NCBI GenBank assembly: GCA_020184695.1
Contig: JAANOX010000126.1
Location: 620,001-684,000 of the forward strand
Length of the DNA: 64,000 nucleotides
Direction: 5' to 3'
From: Histomonas meleagridis 2922-C6/04-290x
Lineage: Eukaryota > Protista > Parabasalia
Of this stretch, positions 47,522 to 56,892 are shown piece by piece; within the stretch, counting starts at the first letter, position 1, and each line of letters begins with the position of its first letter. The translations under genes and the position numbers were made by a program. The notes under the pieces are model-generated. The model was not told the origin of the DNA. It saw only the letters and a program-made list of their open reading frames with translations, and ran no database searches.

Positions 47522-47664
47522 TTTTTAAATAACGTTTTTTAATATTTAGGGCAAAAATTACCCACAAAAAGAAAAGTGACGAATAAAAAACGGTTATTTA
47601 ATTTCGTTTTTATTAATTCATAAGCGCAAAATCATTTTGAAATAAATAATTAAATATTTAATTG

Positions 47665-48510
47665 TCAGACATAATTATCCGATGTATTATAATAATCAGC
47701 TCTACGTTTACGATAACAACGCCAAGCAATAAATCCACAGATTCCGAATATTATAGCAAATACAATAACAACAATTTGGGTTGTATTCGAAGGTTTTTTA
47801 GGGATAACCCATGTTTTATGATCAGAGTAATCATTCCATTTGCAAAGATCTCCTGCGCAAAGAGAATTAATGGAAGTTGGGTGAAGAGAATTAATTGAAT
47901 TACTTGTTGATGATAATGAAAATTCGGCAACACCTCCAACATCACGAAAACCTGTTTTATATATAATTTCCATTGTGCCAGAAACAGGATTTAAAATTTC
48001 GGTAGAATTGACATCAGTTAAATCAAATATTTCCGGAGTTTTGGTATATGAGATTGTGGTATCTTCTCCAGTACAACCATTTGTGATTTTGTACGAATAT
48101 TCATTGTTTTTGTCCCAGGCAAACCAAAAGCAAATTGCTTGATAATTTTCCATTGTTGTATTAGCTGTTTCAGTATAGTCAAGTGAAACTTCCCATGAAT
48201 GTGATGATGGTGGGTTAATATAAATATCAATATTATTACAACTATTGTTGAGTTTAAATAAAGAATAATAAAATGGTTGTGTTTCGCTAGATGGATTTGA
48301 AATTGTAATGCTTGCTGTTGTGGTAAAATTGATAATGTAATGTTGTGTATTTCCAAATATTGGTGTAGAACCTAAAGATCCTGTGATGTCTTGTGGATTA
48401 ATGGGAACTAAAACATTACCGCCAGGAATAGTAATGGTTGCTACTTCTTCTACTGCAAGAGTGTACTTGTATTGATCTCCAAATACTAACGAAAATAGAA
48501 CGAAAAGCAT
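47665..48510 (-). CDS. Type-I membrane protein (paralogue of 48907-49875)
   Basis: Signal MLFVLFSLVFGD, beta-rich ectodomain, TM, short tail. Shares NIDIYINPP..HSW and QAICFWF.WD with its neighbour. Confidence 0.8.
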   Translation of the reverse strand: MLFVLFSLVFGDQYKYTLAVEEVATITIPGGNVLVPINPQDITGSLGSTPIFGNTQHYIINFTTTASITISNPSSETQPFYYSLFKLNNSCNNIDIYINPPSSHSWEVSLDYTETANTTMENYQAICFWFAWDKNNEYSYKITNGCTGEDTTISYTKTPEIFDLTDVNSTEILNPVSGTMEIIYKTGFRDVGGVAEFSLSSTSNSINSLHPTSINSLCAGDLCKWNDYSDHKTWVIPKKPSNTTQIVVIVFAIIFGICGFIAWRCYRKRRADYYNTSDNYV

Positions 48511-48906
48511 CAGGGGGCTTTCCTAAAAACAATTACCCAAAATGACATACAATTTTCTAGGCTATTATCAATTTTGAAAGCTTTAAACGAAGTTATATAC
48601 TTAGAAAAAATGTTTTTGTAAACCATACAAATACAATCAAGTTCTAACGTAGAAAAATCGATAATTTAATTGGGAAAAAGTTCGAAAAAATTGATTAGAA
48701 ATGCAATACAACAAAATAATCATGTGAACGATCTATTAGACATGAAATTATTTTCGACAATATTTCTTAAAATATCAAAAGTATACATCCCAAATAATCA
48801 TTGCTATGACTATGGTACCAAAAATTTGACATTTTCATAACCGCGGTTCTCAAAAATTTGTGATGAATGAATCATTGAAAAAGTGGTGGAGTTATCGAAT
48901 GCTTTA

Positions 48907-49875
48907 TTAATTTGGATAAGCAGGTGGATAACCTTGTTGTGGTGGATATTGTGGTGGGTATTGTGGTGGATAATCAGATGACTGTGACTTGTCTTTAACA
49001 AGAACGAAATTATTTGATGATCGAGATCCAGCACAGCATCCGCAACATGCGCCACAGGCAGCACCGCAACAGCAACAACAAGCAATGATGGAGACAACGA
49101 CAACGACAACAACACCGACAGCAACGCCAATAAGGATTTTGGCAAGGGATGAAAGGCCACTGATTGTGGTGTTCCAAAATGTTTCATCCACGTAATCATT
49201 CCATACGCAATCAGAAGTGGAACAAACCAAGTTCCATTTATCTGGTCTATAATAATTTTGAATTATATCTGATGTTGTTAAAGTAAAATCAGCTGAACCT
49301 TGAATGTTAGAGTCATCAGTCTTAAATATAATTTCCATGGCTCCAGTTTTAGGTTCAAGATTAACTTCACTTGAAACTTCTGTTGTAGAATAGGATTCAG
49401 GATGTTCTGTGTACGAAATATAGTCATATGTCTCAAGGCCATTGTTTCTGATTGTGAAAGTATATTTGTATTTTTGATCCCAAATAAACCAAAAGCAGAT
49501 TGCTTGTTTGTCAAGCATTGTTGTATTTGCTGTTGAAATATATGCTGATGAAACAGTCCATGTGTGCTTTGGTGGTGGGTTGACGTAAATATCAATACTA
49601 TTGCAATAATCATTGAGTTGGAATAAATAATAAATAAAAGTTTTGGTTTCCAAACCTGGATTTCGAACAGTAAATGAAGAATCAGATGTGAAATTCAGGA
49701 TCTTATTGCCTGTTTGCCCAAAAATATTATAAGAACCAAAGGTTCCTTCGAAATCATTTGGATAAAGTGGAACAAGGACATTATTAGCTCTAACAGAGAT
49801 GCTCTTTGATTCACCTGGTGCGAGGCTTACCTCAACTTTATCTCCAAAAGCAAGGGAGAGGAGCAAAAAGAACAT
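48907..49875 (-). CDS. Type-I membrane protein with a Cys-rich juxtamembrane segment and a PPxY-repeat tail
   Basis: Signal peptide, TM, then ACCCCCGAACGACCGCC and YPPQYPPQYPPQQGYPPAYPN. Confidence 0.8.
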   Translation of the reverse strand: MFFLLLSLAFGDKVEVSLAPGESKSISVRANNVLVPLYPNDFEGTFGSYNIFGQTGNKILNFTSDSSFTVRNPGLETKTFIYYLFQLNDYCNSIDIYVNPPPKHTWTVSSAYISTANTTMLDKQAICFWFIWDQKYKYTFTIRNNGLETYDYISYTEHPESYSTTEVSSEVNLEPKTGAMEIIFKTDDSNIQGSADFTLTTSDIIQNYYRPDKWNLVCSTSDCVWNDYVDETFWNTTISGLSSLAKILIGVAVGVVVVVVVSIIACCCCCGAACGACCGCCAGSRSSNNFVLVKDKSQSSDYPPQYPPQYPPQQGYPPAYPN

Positions 49876-50148
49876 TCGAATGGCTCAAATTTTGATTCAA
49901 TTTTCTGAAGCACTTTACCGCATTCAAAAAGTGTTTATCGTTTTCACCCAGCGGTTGTTTACTGTCATTTCCTTCAATGTTCTAAGGAAACATCGTTCTG
50001 CTTTACAAACGGTTGTTTTATTGTATTAAAAAATGTGGTTTCACAGAAAATTGAAGGCAGATATTTCAATTGAAAGTTAAACACATTGACATGTCAACAA
50101 AATTCACACGATTTGACACAAAATACAAAATAAGAATATAATAACAAT

Positions 50149-51174
50149 TTATTCACTAAAGATTATCCTCATTCCAATAGAAGCAGCAATGGCTAAGTCT
50201 TTTAATATTTTTGCAACAAATGATTTATCTTTATATCCTTCAAGATGTGATGTATATGATTGAAGTGATATCGGATTATAAAAAGGAAAGCTGGGGAATG
50301 GATATGGAAAAGAGATTCGAGGTGACAAATAAATACAATCTTCCGAAATTTGCAAACTTTTGTCCATGTTCAGCACAACGTTTGGCGGATATTTTTGGTA
50401 TATTTCAACAGTGTTGTTAATGATTTGATCGACAGTGAAATTTGTATCTTGTAAAATTGATAATATTGTGTTTGGATCAAAGTTCCGTTTCATCATCTTT
50501 TCTCTTTCTAAAGAAATAATAGAAATAATTGTATATGTTGGAATAAGTGGATGTGATGCGATGAAAAAATCAAGAAAACGAAGTCCGCTTTCTATATCTG
50601 GAACGTTGTGTGCAAAGAATGTTACGATGAAGGAAACTAAGAGATGAGATTGTATGTCTGATTTTTCAAAAGAAACATAAATATCATTATCAACAATTCG
50701 AAGAAGAGAGAAAGAGAAATCAAGAATAGTCTCAATACCTCCAAGGGTTTGACCTAGAAAGCAATGCAAAGGACCAAGAGCAAGAGCTTCAAGAATTTGA
50801 AGTGCAAAAGATTCACGAGCAAAAGTAAGAACAATAATAGCAATCTCTTGGAATCCCTGATAATATGTTAAATCATTATGACGCTCAAATAAACTTGATA
50901 GAACTCGAAGTAATTTTTCTTTTCGATATGTTTTGCATTCCTGCGATTGAATAGAGGAATAGCTACGATGCACATCCTTTTTAACTAAATCAATGTCTTT
51001 AAAATCATATTTTGGTGCAATTGTTGGAGTAAAAGCATTTGGAATATCTAACAAAAGTCGATAAGATGCTCGTCGTTGAGAATTATTTCCATAACCATGA
51101 ACACAATGTTTTCGAAGTGAAGAAATATCTTTTGTATTTTGAGCATTTTGAATTATGGCCCCAAGTTCATCCAT
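50149..51174 (-). CDS. TBC-domain Rab GTPase-activating protein (TBC1D20/Gyp8-like)
   Basis: RRASYRLLL, LVKKDVHRS (R finger), YYQGFQEIA (Q finger), FLDFFIASHPLIPTY. Confidence 0.85.
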   Translation of the reverse strand: MDELGAIIQNAQNTKDISSLRKHCVHGYGNNSQRRASYRLLLDIPNAFTPTIAPKYDFKDIDLVKKDVHRSYSSIQSQECKTYRKEKLLRVLSSLFERHNDLTYYQGFQEIAIIVLTFARESFALQILEALALGPLHCFLGQTLGGIETILDFSFSLLRIVDNDIYVSFEKSDIQSHLLVSFIVTFFAHNVPDIESGLRFLDFFIASHPLIPTYTIISIISLEREKMMKRNFDPNTILSILQDTNFTVDQIINNTVEIYQKYPPNVVLNMDKSLQISEDCIYLSPRISFPYPFPSFPFYNPISLQSYTSHLEGYKDKSFVAKILKDLAIAASIGMRIIFSE

Positions 51175-51419
51175 TTGCTATGGGCTGCCCCATTGGATTG
51201 AATTAATTATTTCAGTCTATCGTACTTTTAAGGAAATTCTTGATGAAATTATTGTAAAGAATTATCATCATTAAAAAAATTATCATTTTATGTGTTTTTC
51301 AGCTCTTCTGAGTTTATCCTCACTAAATCTAAATAGACAACATTATGTTGGAAAATTTTTACAATTGATTAAATTCAGCCACAAAAAATTTTAGTTTAGT
51401 TGTAAAACATTCCAAAAGT

Positions 51420-52346
51420 TTATTTGTTTTGATGGAAATCAAGTCCCCAACCGAATAAAACAGGGTTAAACTTATCTTTTGCGGATGTTTCAGAACTCAG
51501 ACTGACTGTCAGCCATTCTGTTGGATCAACTGTTGTTTTGAAATTGAGTCTTCCATCTGTTTGACATTTTCCATAAAATTTACAATTTCGATCAACTTTA
51601 AATCCTATTGTGAAGTTGAAATTATTCGATTTACTCTTATATTTGGAAGAAATACCAAACTTCATGTTGCTGGAGCGAACAGATGACATTCCAAATGAAA
51701 TGGTTCTGTTGATGAAATCGATCATGGCAAACCAATTTGTTGGTCTAAGACATCGATAATATCCTATTCTAATGTGGTTAAGCTTTTTAGTATATAAGTC
51801 ACCCTTAATTGACCCAAGTGTGTGGATTTTAGGGAGAATTAATTGAGTTTCAAGGAGATTCATTTTACTTGTTACCATACTACTAACTTTTATATATGAT
51901 GCTAACGCCTGTGATGAAACAGAAGTAACAATAGTTCTATTTTTTGTCATACCAACAAAAGCATTAAGATAAATTGATTTTGGATGGTAATTTGTTGTCA
52001 CTGAAAAAACACAACCTTTAGCAGACAGCTCTTTTTTGGTATTATTATAATAATTTGAGAGAGATGCGCCAAGAGAAAATGGAATTTTTTGGAAATTATG
52101 TTTAAAGGATAAAAATGCTGATAAAGTTGAATCTGCTTCAAAAATGACTGTATTGTTTTTAAAGTTTGAGTTTAACTTTGCTTTTGCTTGAAGCATTTTT
52201 GTTGGATGTGGGGATATCACAAGTTGAATATCATGTAATTGATTTTTTTTAGAAAAAGATACGAACCCAGTACATTCATTTTCTAAAATTTCATCGATTG
52301 ATGATTGTATATTATTAATTAGAGCATAGTCGCAGAATTTTTTCAT
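51420..52346 (-). CDS. Eukaryotic porin-family beta-barrel, Tom40-like (hydrogenosomal outer membrane)
   Basis: 308 aa of amphipathic beta strands. The C-terminus KFYGKCQTDGRL...LTVSLSSE...FGWGLDF resembles the Tom40 beta-signal region. Confidence 0.5.
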   Translation of the reverse strand: MKKFCDYALINNIQSSIDEILENECTGFVSFSKKNQLHDIQLVISPHPTKMLQAKAKLNSNFKNNTVIFEADSTLSAFLSFKHNFQKIPFSLGASLSNYYNNTKKELSAKGCVFSVTTNYHPKSIYLNAFVGMTKNRTIVTSVSSQALASYIKVSSMVTSKMNLLETQLILPKIHTLGSIKGDLYTKKLNHIRIGYYRCLRPTNWFAMIDFINRTISFGMSSVRSSNMKFGISSKYKSKSNNFNFTIGFKVDRNCKFYGKCQTDGRLNFKTTVDPTEWLTVSLSSETSAKDKFNPVLFGWGLDFHQNK

Positions 52347-52448
52347 CTCTTGGAATCCGACCGAATATCGTTACAAAAAGTGAATCAATACAACGGTTTT
52401 GTAACAGTTTTCGAACGTTTAAAAAGAAAAGAAGAGAATTAGTTCTCT

Positions 52449-53285
52449 TTACTCAGCTTTAGCCAAAATCTCCAAGAGAGCAGTTGTAGCCTCGCGTTCC
52501 ATAGTGTATTTTCTATCATTGTCAAGGAAATCTCCGGAGGTTCTTTGAGCAAGTGTGATGCAAACAGCGCCAACTTTGATTTGTGCTGCTGGGAATTTGT
52601 TAGCAAGAAATGCTAAAACATAAGTTTCCATTTCAAAGCTAAGTGCATCTGGGTCAACTTGCAAAATCGTTTCGATAACTTTTTCATTGTTGTTTCTAAA
52701 TGCGTCATCTAAACGACCTTGTGAGCCATAGAAAGTATCGGCTGAGAAATCTGGACCAATAACAGTGCGATATTGTGGCATCTTTTGAGTAAATTCATCA
52801 TGAATAAGTTTAATTAAACCTGCATCAAGGTCAATTGGCTTCTTGGTGATTTCGTATGGGAATGCGTCATTTTCATAACTTTGGCGTACGGCGTATGCCT
52901 TATTTGTTAAGGCAAAGCAACCAACAGGAACATCGGCATGAAGTGAGCCACATGTACCAAAGCGGATGATATAAATTGGGCCATCAACGATAGCACGAAT
53001 TTGAACAAGGAGCATTTCAACCATAGCGAAACCCATACCAGTTGCAATAACTGAAACTGGAACACCGTGGAACTTACCTGTGTATGTTGCATATATCATG
53101 TTTGATTGACGAATGATAACAGGAGAATCTTTGTCAAAGCATTCTTTGAACTTATTGGCTCTATTAGGATCACCAACAGTGATAATGCGGTTGGCGACTT
53201 CGCCCTTCTTGCAGTTCAATGGCTGAATGCGTCCATCTTTGTCGAAGATTGGGCCTGATGGTTGTTTCCAAAGGAAAGAGTCCAT
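52449..53285 (-). CDS. Uridine/purine nucleoside phosphorylase (PNP_UDP_1 family)
   Basis: RIITVGDPNRA, VSVIATGMG, IIRFGTCGSL, SADTFYGSQGR, FEMET. Confidence 0.9.
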   Translation of the reverse strand: MDSFLWKQPSGPIFDKDGRIQPLNCKKGEVANRIITVGDPNRANKFKECFDKDSPVIIRQSNMIYATYTGKFHGVPVSVIATGMGFAMVEMLLVQIRAIVDGPIYIIRFGTCGSLHADVPVGCFALTNKAYAVRQSYENDAFPYEITKKPIDLDAGLIKLIHDEFTQKMPQYRTVIGPDFSADTFYGSQGRLDDAFRNNNEKVIETILQVDPDALSFEMETYVLAFLANKFPAAQIKVGAVCITLAQRTSGDFLDNDRKYTMEREATTALLEILAKAE

Positions 53286-53650
53286 TTATTTTTTATAGAA
53301 AACGATGAATTTTTTTTTGAATGGAAATTGAATGCACAAAAACGATCAGGCTGAACCACATTTGCCTTCGGCTTAGGGTGCCCTTATATTACCCTTTTTG
53401 ATCGTTCTTTATTGAATTTTACCCCAAATTTTGTGTTGATCAGTAAAGTCATGTTAAGTCCATGTTAACAATTGTTTTCGTTTCAAATAAACTTAAAAAA
53501 TATTTTAAATATTAAAAATATTGGAAATTTATTGCATTGTTCATGTGTAAAAATTCTTATGTATATATATTAATTCTAAATTCTAAATAAAAAAAGACCC
53601 ACACAATACCTTCAACAATAATCACCCGAAGAATCCCTATTCATTAGTTA

Positions 53651-53768
53651 AAAAGAATTGATGTAAATGCTAAAGATGTTTACTTATATTAATTTTTGTA
53701 ATTTTTAATTTCAAAATAATATTTGATATTTCAAATTATTTAGAATTGTACTTATGATTGCGTCTGAA
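53651..53768 (+). pseudogene. Solitary ankyrin block-spacer-block relic
   Basis: KRIDVNAKD, then a 67-nt spacer (gtttacttat...aaaataatatttga...ttatttaga), then IVLMIASE. No surrounding ORF. Confidence 0.7.
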
Positions 53769-54467
53769 AAAAAAATTACCAATTAATATAAAATTACTTT
53801 CTAAACATAAATAAAACCATTAATTATAATGAAAATAAATATATTTATTTTGGTTGAAAAAGAAATCGGAAATCTCATAAAATCACCATAACTTTATATC
53901 TAGGCTATTTTAGATATTTTTTTTTCGATATTTTAATCACATAAATATATATCCCATGTTTTTTTCTTGTTGTCTGAATTCTATTGCCGATGGTAATTTG
54001 ATTAAAATGTTGCCAATATTATGTTTATGAGTATCAGTGAATCCTTTGACACCTGAACAACATTTCATCGATCATTCTGTCAGAACGCCGAGTACCTAAC
54101 AAGTGCTAAGTGTGTTTTCTAGTAACTTTTCGAGCATGATTAGCCTATATGATATAACAAGGTGTAACTGAAACTTCGCATTTATCAAATTGGGAGAGAG
54201 GTTCATATTTAATTCCAATAAGTTCTTTTCCAAAAATTTTTCTTTAATTTTTTTATATTTCACATATATATTATGGATTATGGATATGATTTCTAATGAA
54301 AACTTATGAAAGTCTTTTTTTCATAAGGCCATATTTGTTTTGAGTTTATCTACTACTTTGCAATATGTGAATTCGATCAAATCTCTAAATAATTTCTTTC
54401 AAAACATTTTCATAATTCAATATACGATCGGAATCTTTATGAAAAACAAATTATATAATAACATTTT

Positions 54468-55400
54468 TTAGTATATTCTCTTTTCCTTCAACAAATTCCA
54501 TAATTCATTTAATGACAATTCCTTAATTTTCGTTCCCCTTAACTTCATTGGCAGCATTTTATCAGCCTTTTGAACATTCGTTTTTTGTTCTTTATTAAAA
54601 GTAAACCATTTCGCCGATTTCTCATCATATTCGACTTCTTGCAGCGCCAACTTCGACGCCAGACATGCGCGGATCCGCTTATGCAATGGGAGGCCTGAGA
54701 AAAGGCCGTCGCTATTCGAATACGCAGGAAGCAGCTTCGCAAGGCCATCAATTGTCATTCCTTCCTTGTGACTCTTGAGAACAGATAAAACGCGATCTTG
54801 AAAAGGAACTTTTTGATCGCTAATGCAACGACTCGTTTCCTTTGGGGCTTCGGCAGTGTTTGGCCCCCATTTGTTAGGGTCTGATGGTGAACGTACAAAT
54901 AGGAAACGAGAATCTTTCTGTATGGAATAATTAATGTGCAAAATACGTTTGTCTGGAAATTGTCGTAATTGGCGATCGGCATTGGAGATAATGTAATCCC
55001 AGAAATGATGAAGGAAATCAAGAATTTGATCATCACTCGCATAACCCCCATGAATTTGCATGCAGTAAAGAATGGCTTTTTGAACTGATGATAACTTACG
55101 TATAGGAATACCAGCTAACTCAAATGGGTGTTTGACATTTGAGATTTCACTTGGATCAATTGAATCAAGATCAACTTCATCTGATTGAACAGTTGGTGAG
55201 TTTTTTTTAGATTCTTCATTTTTATCTTCATTATGATCTTCATTAGACTCTTCTTTAGAAATTTCTTCTGTTGAAGATTTTTTTCCTCTGTTTCTTTTTG
55301 GTATATTTTCTTCTGTTTCATTAGTGTCCTCTTTGATGTTTTCTGTATTTTCTGAGTGTTCATGATTTCTTGAGGGATTTCTTCTTCTTGTTCTCATCAT
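54468..55400 (-). CDS. Hypothetical nuclear protein (charged N-terminus, two possible winged-helix domains)
   Basis: 310-aa ORF with a basic/acidic N-terminus. Segments LSSVQKAILYCMQIHGGYASDDQILDFL and FQDRVLSVLKSHKEGMTIDGL look like helix-turn-helix starts (inference). Confidence 0.65.
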   Translation of the reverse strand: MMRTRRRNPSRNHEHSENTENIKEDTNETEENIPKRNRGKKSSTEEISKEESNEDHNEDKNEESKKNSPTVQSDEVDLDSIDPSEISNVKHPFELAGIPIRKLSSVQKAILYCMQIHGGYASDDQILDFLHHFWDYIISNADRQLRQFPDKRILHINYSIQKDSRFLFVRSPSDPNKWGPNTAEAPKETSRCISDQKVPFQDRVLSVLKSHKEGMTIDGLAKLLPAYSNSDGLFSGLPLHKRIRACLASKLALQEVEYDEKSAKWFTFNKEQKTNVQKADKMLPMKLRGTKIKELSLNELWNLLKEKRIY

Positions 55401-55440
55401 TTTTTTTTACAATGGTTTACGAAAAAAGAACGATGACAAA

Positions 55441-56853
55441 ATGAATCCAAATTACAAATCCAAGATACAGCCAAAATTTAAAAGAGCGAAATCAATCGAA
55501 CTCGTTGAGAATGAAAGTGGTGATTATACTTTTGATGAAGAAAATCAAAAAAATTTAATTGATAACATTTTTTGTGGATATCAAAATAAAAACATTTTAC
55601 AGGTAGATAATACTCTTAAAACTCTTGGATCTCTTTTGTGTAAAGATGATTACCATATTTCAATAAAATTATTTACTGATACGCAACTTTTAACAATTTT
55701 AATAGATTTGATGACGCAAATTGAATCCGAGGACAGACCGCTACGAAAAATTGGTTTTTTATCTCTTCAGTGTTTGATAGTGATCACATTTTTAACAAAT
55801 GAAGTTTCAGAAAAATTAGTTTCACTTAGTTTTTTACAAACTTTAATTGACTTCATTGACAAAGTGTCAAGTTCCAACATTGAATCCATTCTTATTTGTC
55901 TCTATAACATCTTATATGACGTTCCATCACAAATTACTTTTTTATATTCTCATTATAATCCGACGCACTTTTTATCGTTATTTTATACGGAAGAAATGGA
56001 ACCATATCGTAAATATCCAAATTCATTACATAAAAGAATCTCGAACGTTCTTAGTCTTTTTTGCCGGTCAAAAGTTATGATGAGTGATAAAGACATATAT
56101 CACATTGCGCATTTATATTGCACATATTTATGTAACGAATCCTATAAATTATTCAAAGTTGGCTTAAACGGAATTCAAATTATGCTTGAAAACAATTTAA
56201 TAAAGTCAATAAATGTTAATTTATTTAATGACATTCCAGATATCTTAGAGAAAGCATCTGAACATGAAGATGAAGAATGCAAGAAATTAGCGTTAAGTAT
56301 CATATCAGAAATGTATAACATTTCATATTTTTACCTTAAATTTGATATTCGAGACATATTTGATGAGTGCATTAAAAATTTGAATAATGAAATTGGTTTA
56401 TATTCTTATAACGCAGTTTATTCAATATTAAAAAATACTGAAGAAAGTAAAGTCGAAGAATTCCTTTTATGTGATCACGTTGATTTCGTTGATCAAGTTT
56501 TACTCGATGGAATTATTGATGGACCATTTGCAATAATGTGGCTTGCAAATTTGGCATTATTAAAGACATTAAAAGAATCGGGCGAATATATACTAAGATT
56601 CGCTTCAATGAAATTCTTTTGTGCTGTAGAAAAATTGTTGTTGACCGATGATGAGGAAATAATAAGTCGAATCTTGGAATGTCTTTACATCTTTTTCTTC
56701 AGATGTAAATGCATTAACATGGATTGTTTTAATGAGTGCATTGAAATGATTAATCAAACGAGTTTGGTGGAATTACTCGAGAAAAATTCGTCTAGTAATA
56801 ATGAAACAATTGCTGGTAATTGCACAAGCATATTAAATCTGATGTTTAAGTAA
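55441..56853 (+). CDS. ARM/HEAT-repeat protein (importin-alpha-like fold)
   Basis: 470-aa helical ORF with repeats such as ILICLYNILYD, ALSIISEMYN and RILECLYIFF. Confidence 0.7.
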   Translation: MNPNYKSKIQPKFKRAKSIELVENESGDYTFDEENQKNLIDNIFCGYQNKNILQVDNTLKTLGSLLCKDDYHISIKLFTDTQLLTILIDLMTQIESEDRPLRKIGFLSLQCLIVITFLTNEVSEKLVSLSFLQTLIDFIDKVSSSNIESILICLYNILYDVPSQITFLYSHYNPTHFLSLFYTEEMEPYRKYPNSLHKRISNVLSLFCRSKVMMSDKDIYHIAHLYCTYLCNESYKLFKVGLNGIQIMLENNLIKSINVNLFNDIPDILEKASEHEDEECKKLALSIISEMYNISYFYLKFDIRDIFDECIKNLNNEIGLYSYNAVYSILKNTEESKVEEFLLCDHVDFVDQVLLDGIIDGPFAIMWLANLALLKTLKESGEYILRFASMKFFCAVEKLLLTDDEEIISRILECLYIFFFRCKCINMDCFNECIEMINQTSLVELLEKNSSSNNETIAGNCTSILNLMFK

Positions 56854-56892
56854 AGATTTACGGAATTTTTCAAAATTGTCATAATATTTTCA

